Below, one piece after another: positions 63,578-64,000 of a DNA stretch of 64,000 nt. This stretch comes from Scyliorhinus canicula (Eukaryota). The position numbers were made by a program, and so were the translations under genes. Under the pieces are notes generated by a model. The model ran no database searches. It saw only the letters and a list, made by a program, of their open reading frames with translations, and was not told where the DNA came from. The stretch spans positions 17,285,238 to 17,349,237 of the forward strand of contig NC_052151.1 in assembly GCF_902713615.1 (NCBI RefSeq). The letters run 5' to 3'. How positions within the stretch are numbered: position 1 is the stretch's first letter; every line of letters starts with the position of its first letter.

Positions 63578-64000
63578 ACCACCCTCTTGTGAAAAAAAAA
63601 CTTGCCTCGCATATCAGTTCTAAACTTTTCCCCATGCTTTAAACTTGTGTCCCTTTGTACTAGACTCTCCTACCCTTAGGAAAGAGCATCTGACTATCCA
63701 TTCTGTCCATGCCATTCATACTCTTGTAGATCTCCATCAGATCGCCTCTCAACGACGAACAGACCACGTTTATCTTAACCTCTCCTCGTAGCTAATGCCC
63801 TCCATACCAGGCAACACCCTAGTAAACGCTTCTGTACCCTCTTCAAGGCATCCACATCTTTCTGGTAGTGTGACGACCAGAATCGTACACAATATTTCAA
63901 ATGAGGCCTCACTGAGTTCCTGTATAGTTGCAACATAACTTGCCAATTTTTATATTCAATGGCCGCATGCCTTCTTGACCACCTTATCCACATTTGTTTT
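63578..64000 (-). mobile_element. CR1/HER1 3' region fragment
   Basis: LYRNSVRPHLKYCVRFWS. Confidence 0.85.

Noticed and set aside
1-64000. CRISPR array or prokaryotic operon/defence system
   Set aside because: No regularly spaced repeats, no gene-dense coding DNA; the sequence is vertebrate repeat-rich genomic DNA.

Overview
Repeat-dominated eukaryotic genomic DNA, almost certainly from a cartilaginous fish and probably a catshark-like shark. This rests on abundant HE1-like V-SINEs sharing their 3' tail with HER1/CR1 LINEs, plus DeuSINE (SacSINE1-like) relics. The window holds no complete protein-coding gene, and nearly all listed ORFs are LINE fragments or chance ORFs. It looks like the intronic interior of one large minus-strand gene, with three phase-compatible candidate exons: 38048-38210, a 12-nt microexon at 15623-15634, and 2726-2763. 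Transposable elements are heavily nested and include CR1/HER1, a jockey/L2-like LINE, L2, RTE, Rex1/Babar, L1, Penelope-like elements, a young solo LTR and a decayed two-LTR provirus. The most notable observations are: (1) ~200-bp palindromic, TSD-flanked Penelope-derived elements carrying minimal hammerhead-ribozyme cores, plus other ribozyme-bearing fragments; (2) a U2-snRNA-headed, poly(A)-tailed insertion (candidate SINEU-like element); (3) two ~1.2-kb HER1 copies sharing a 5' end, a stop codon and a deletion (possible non-autonomous subfamily); (4) the candidate microexon. All calls were made by eye without database searches. Boundaries of old repeats are approximate to tens of bp.
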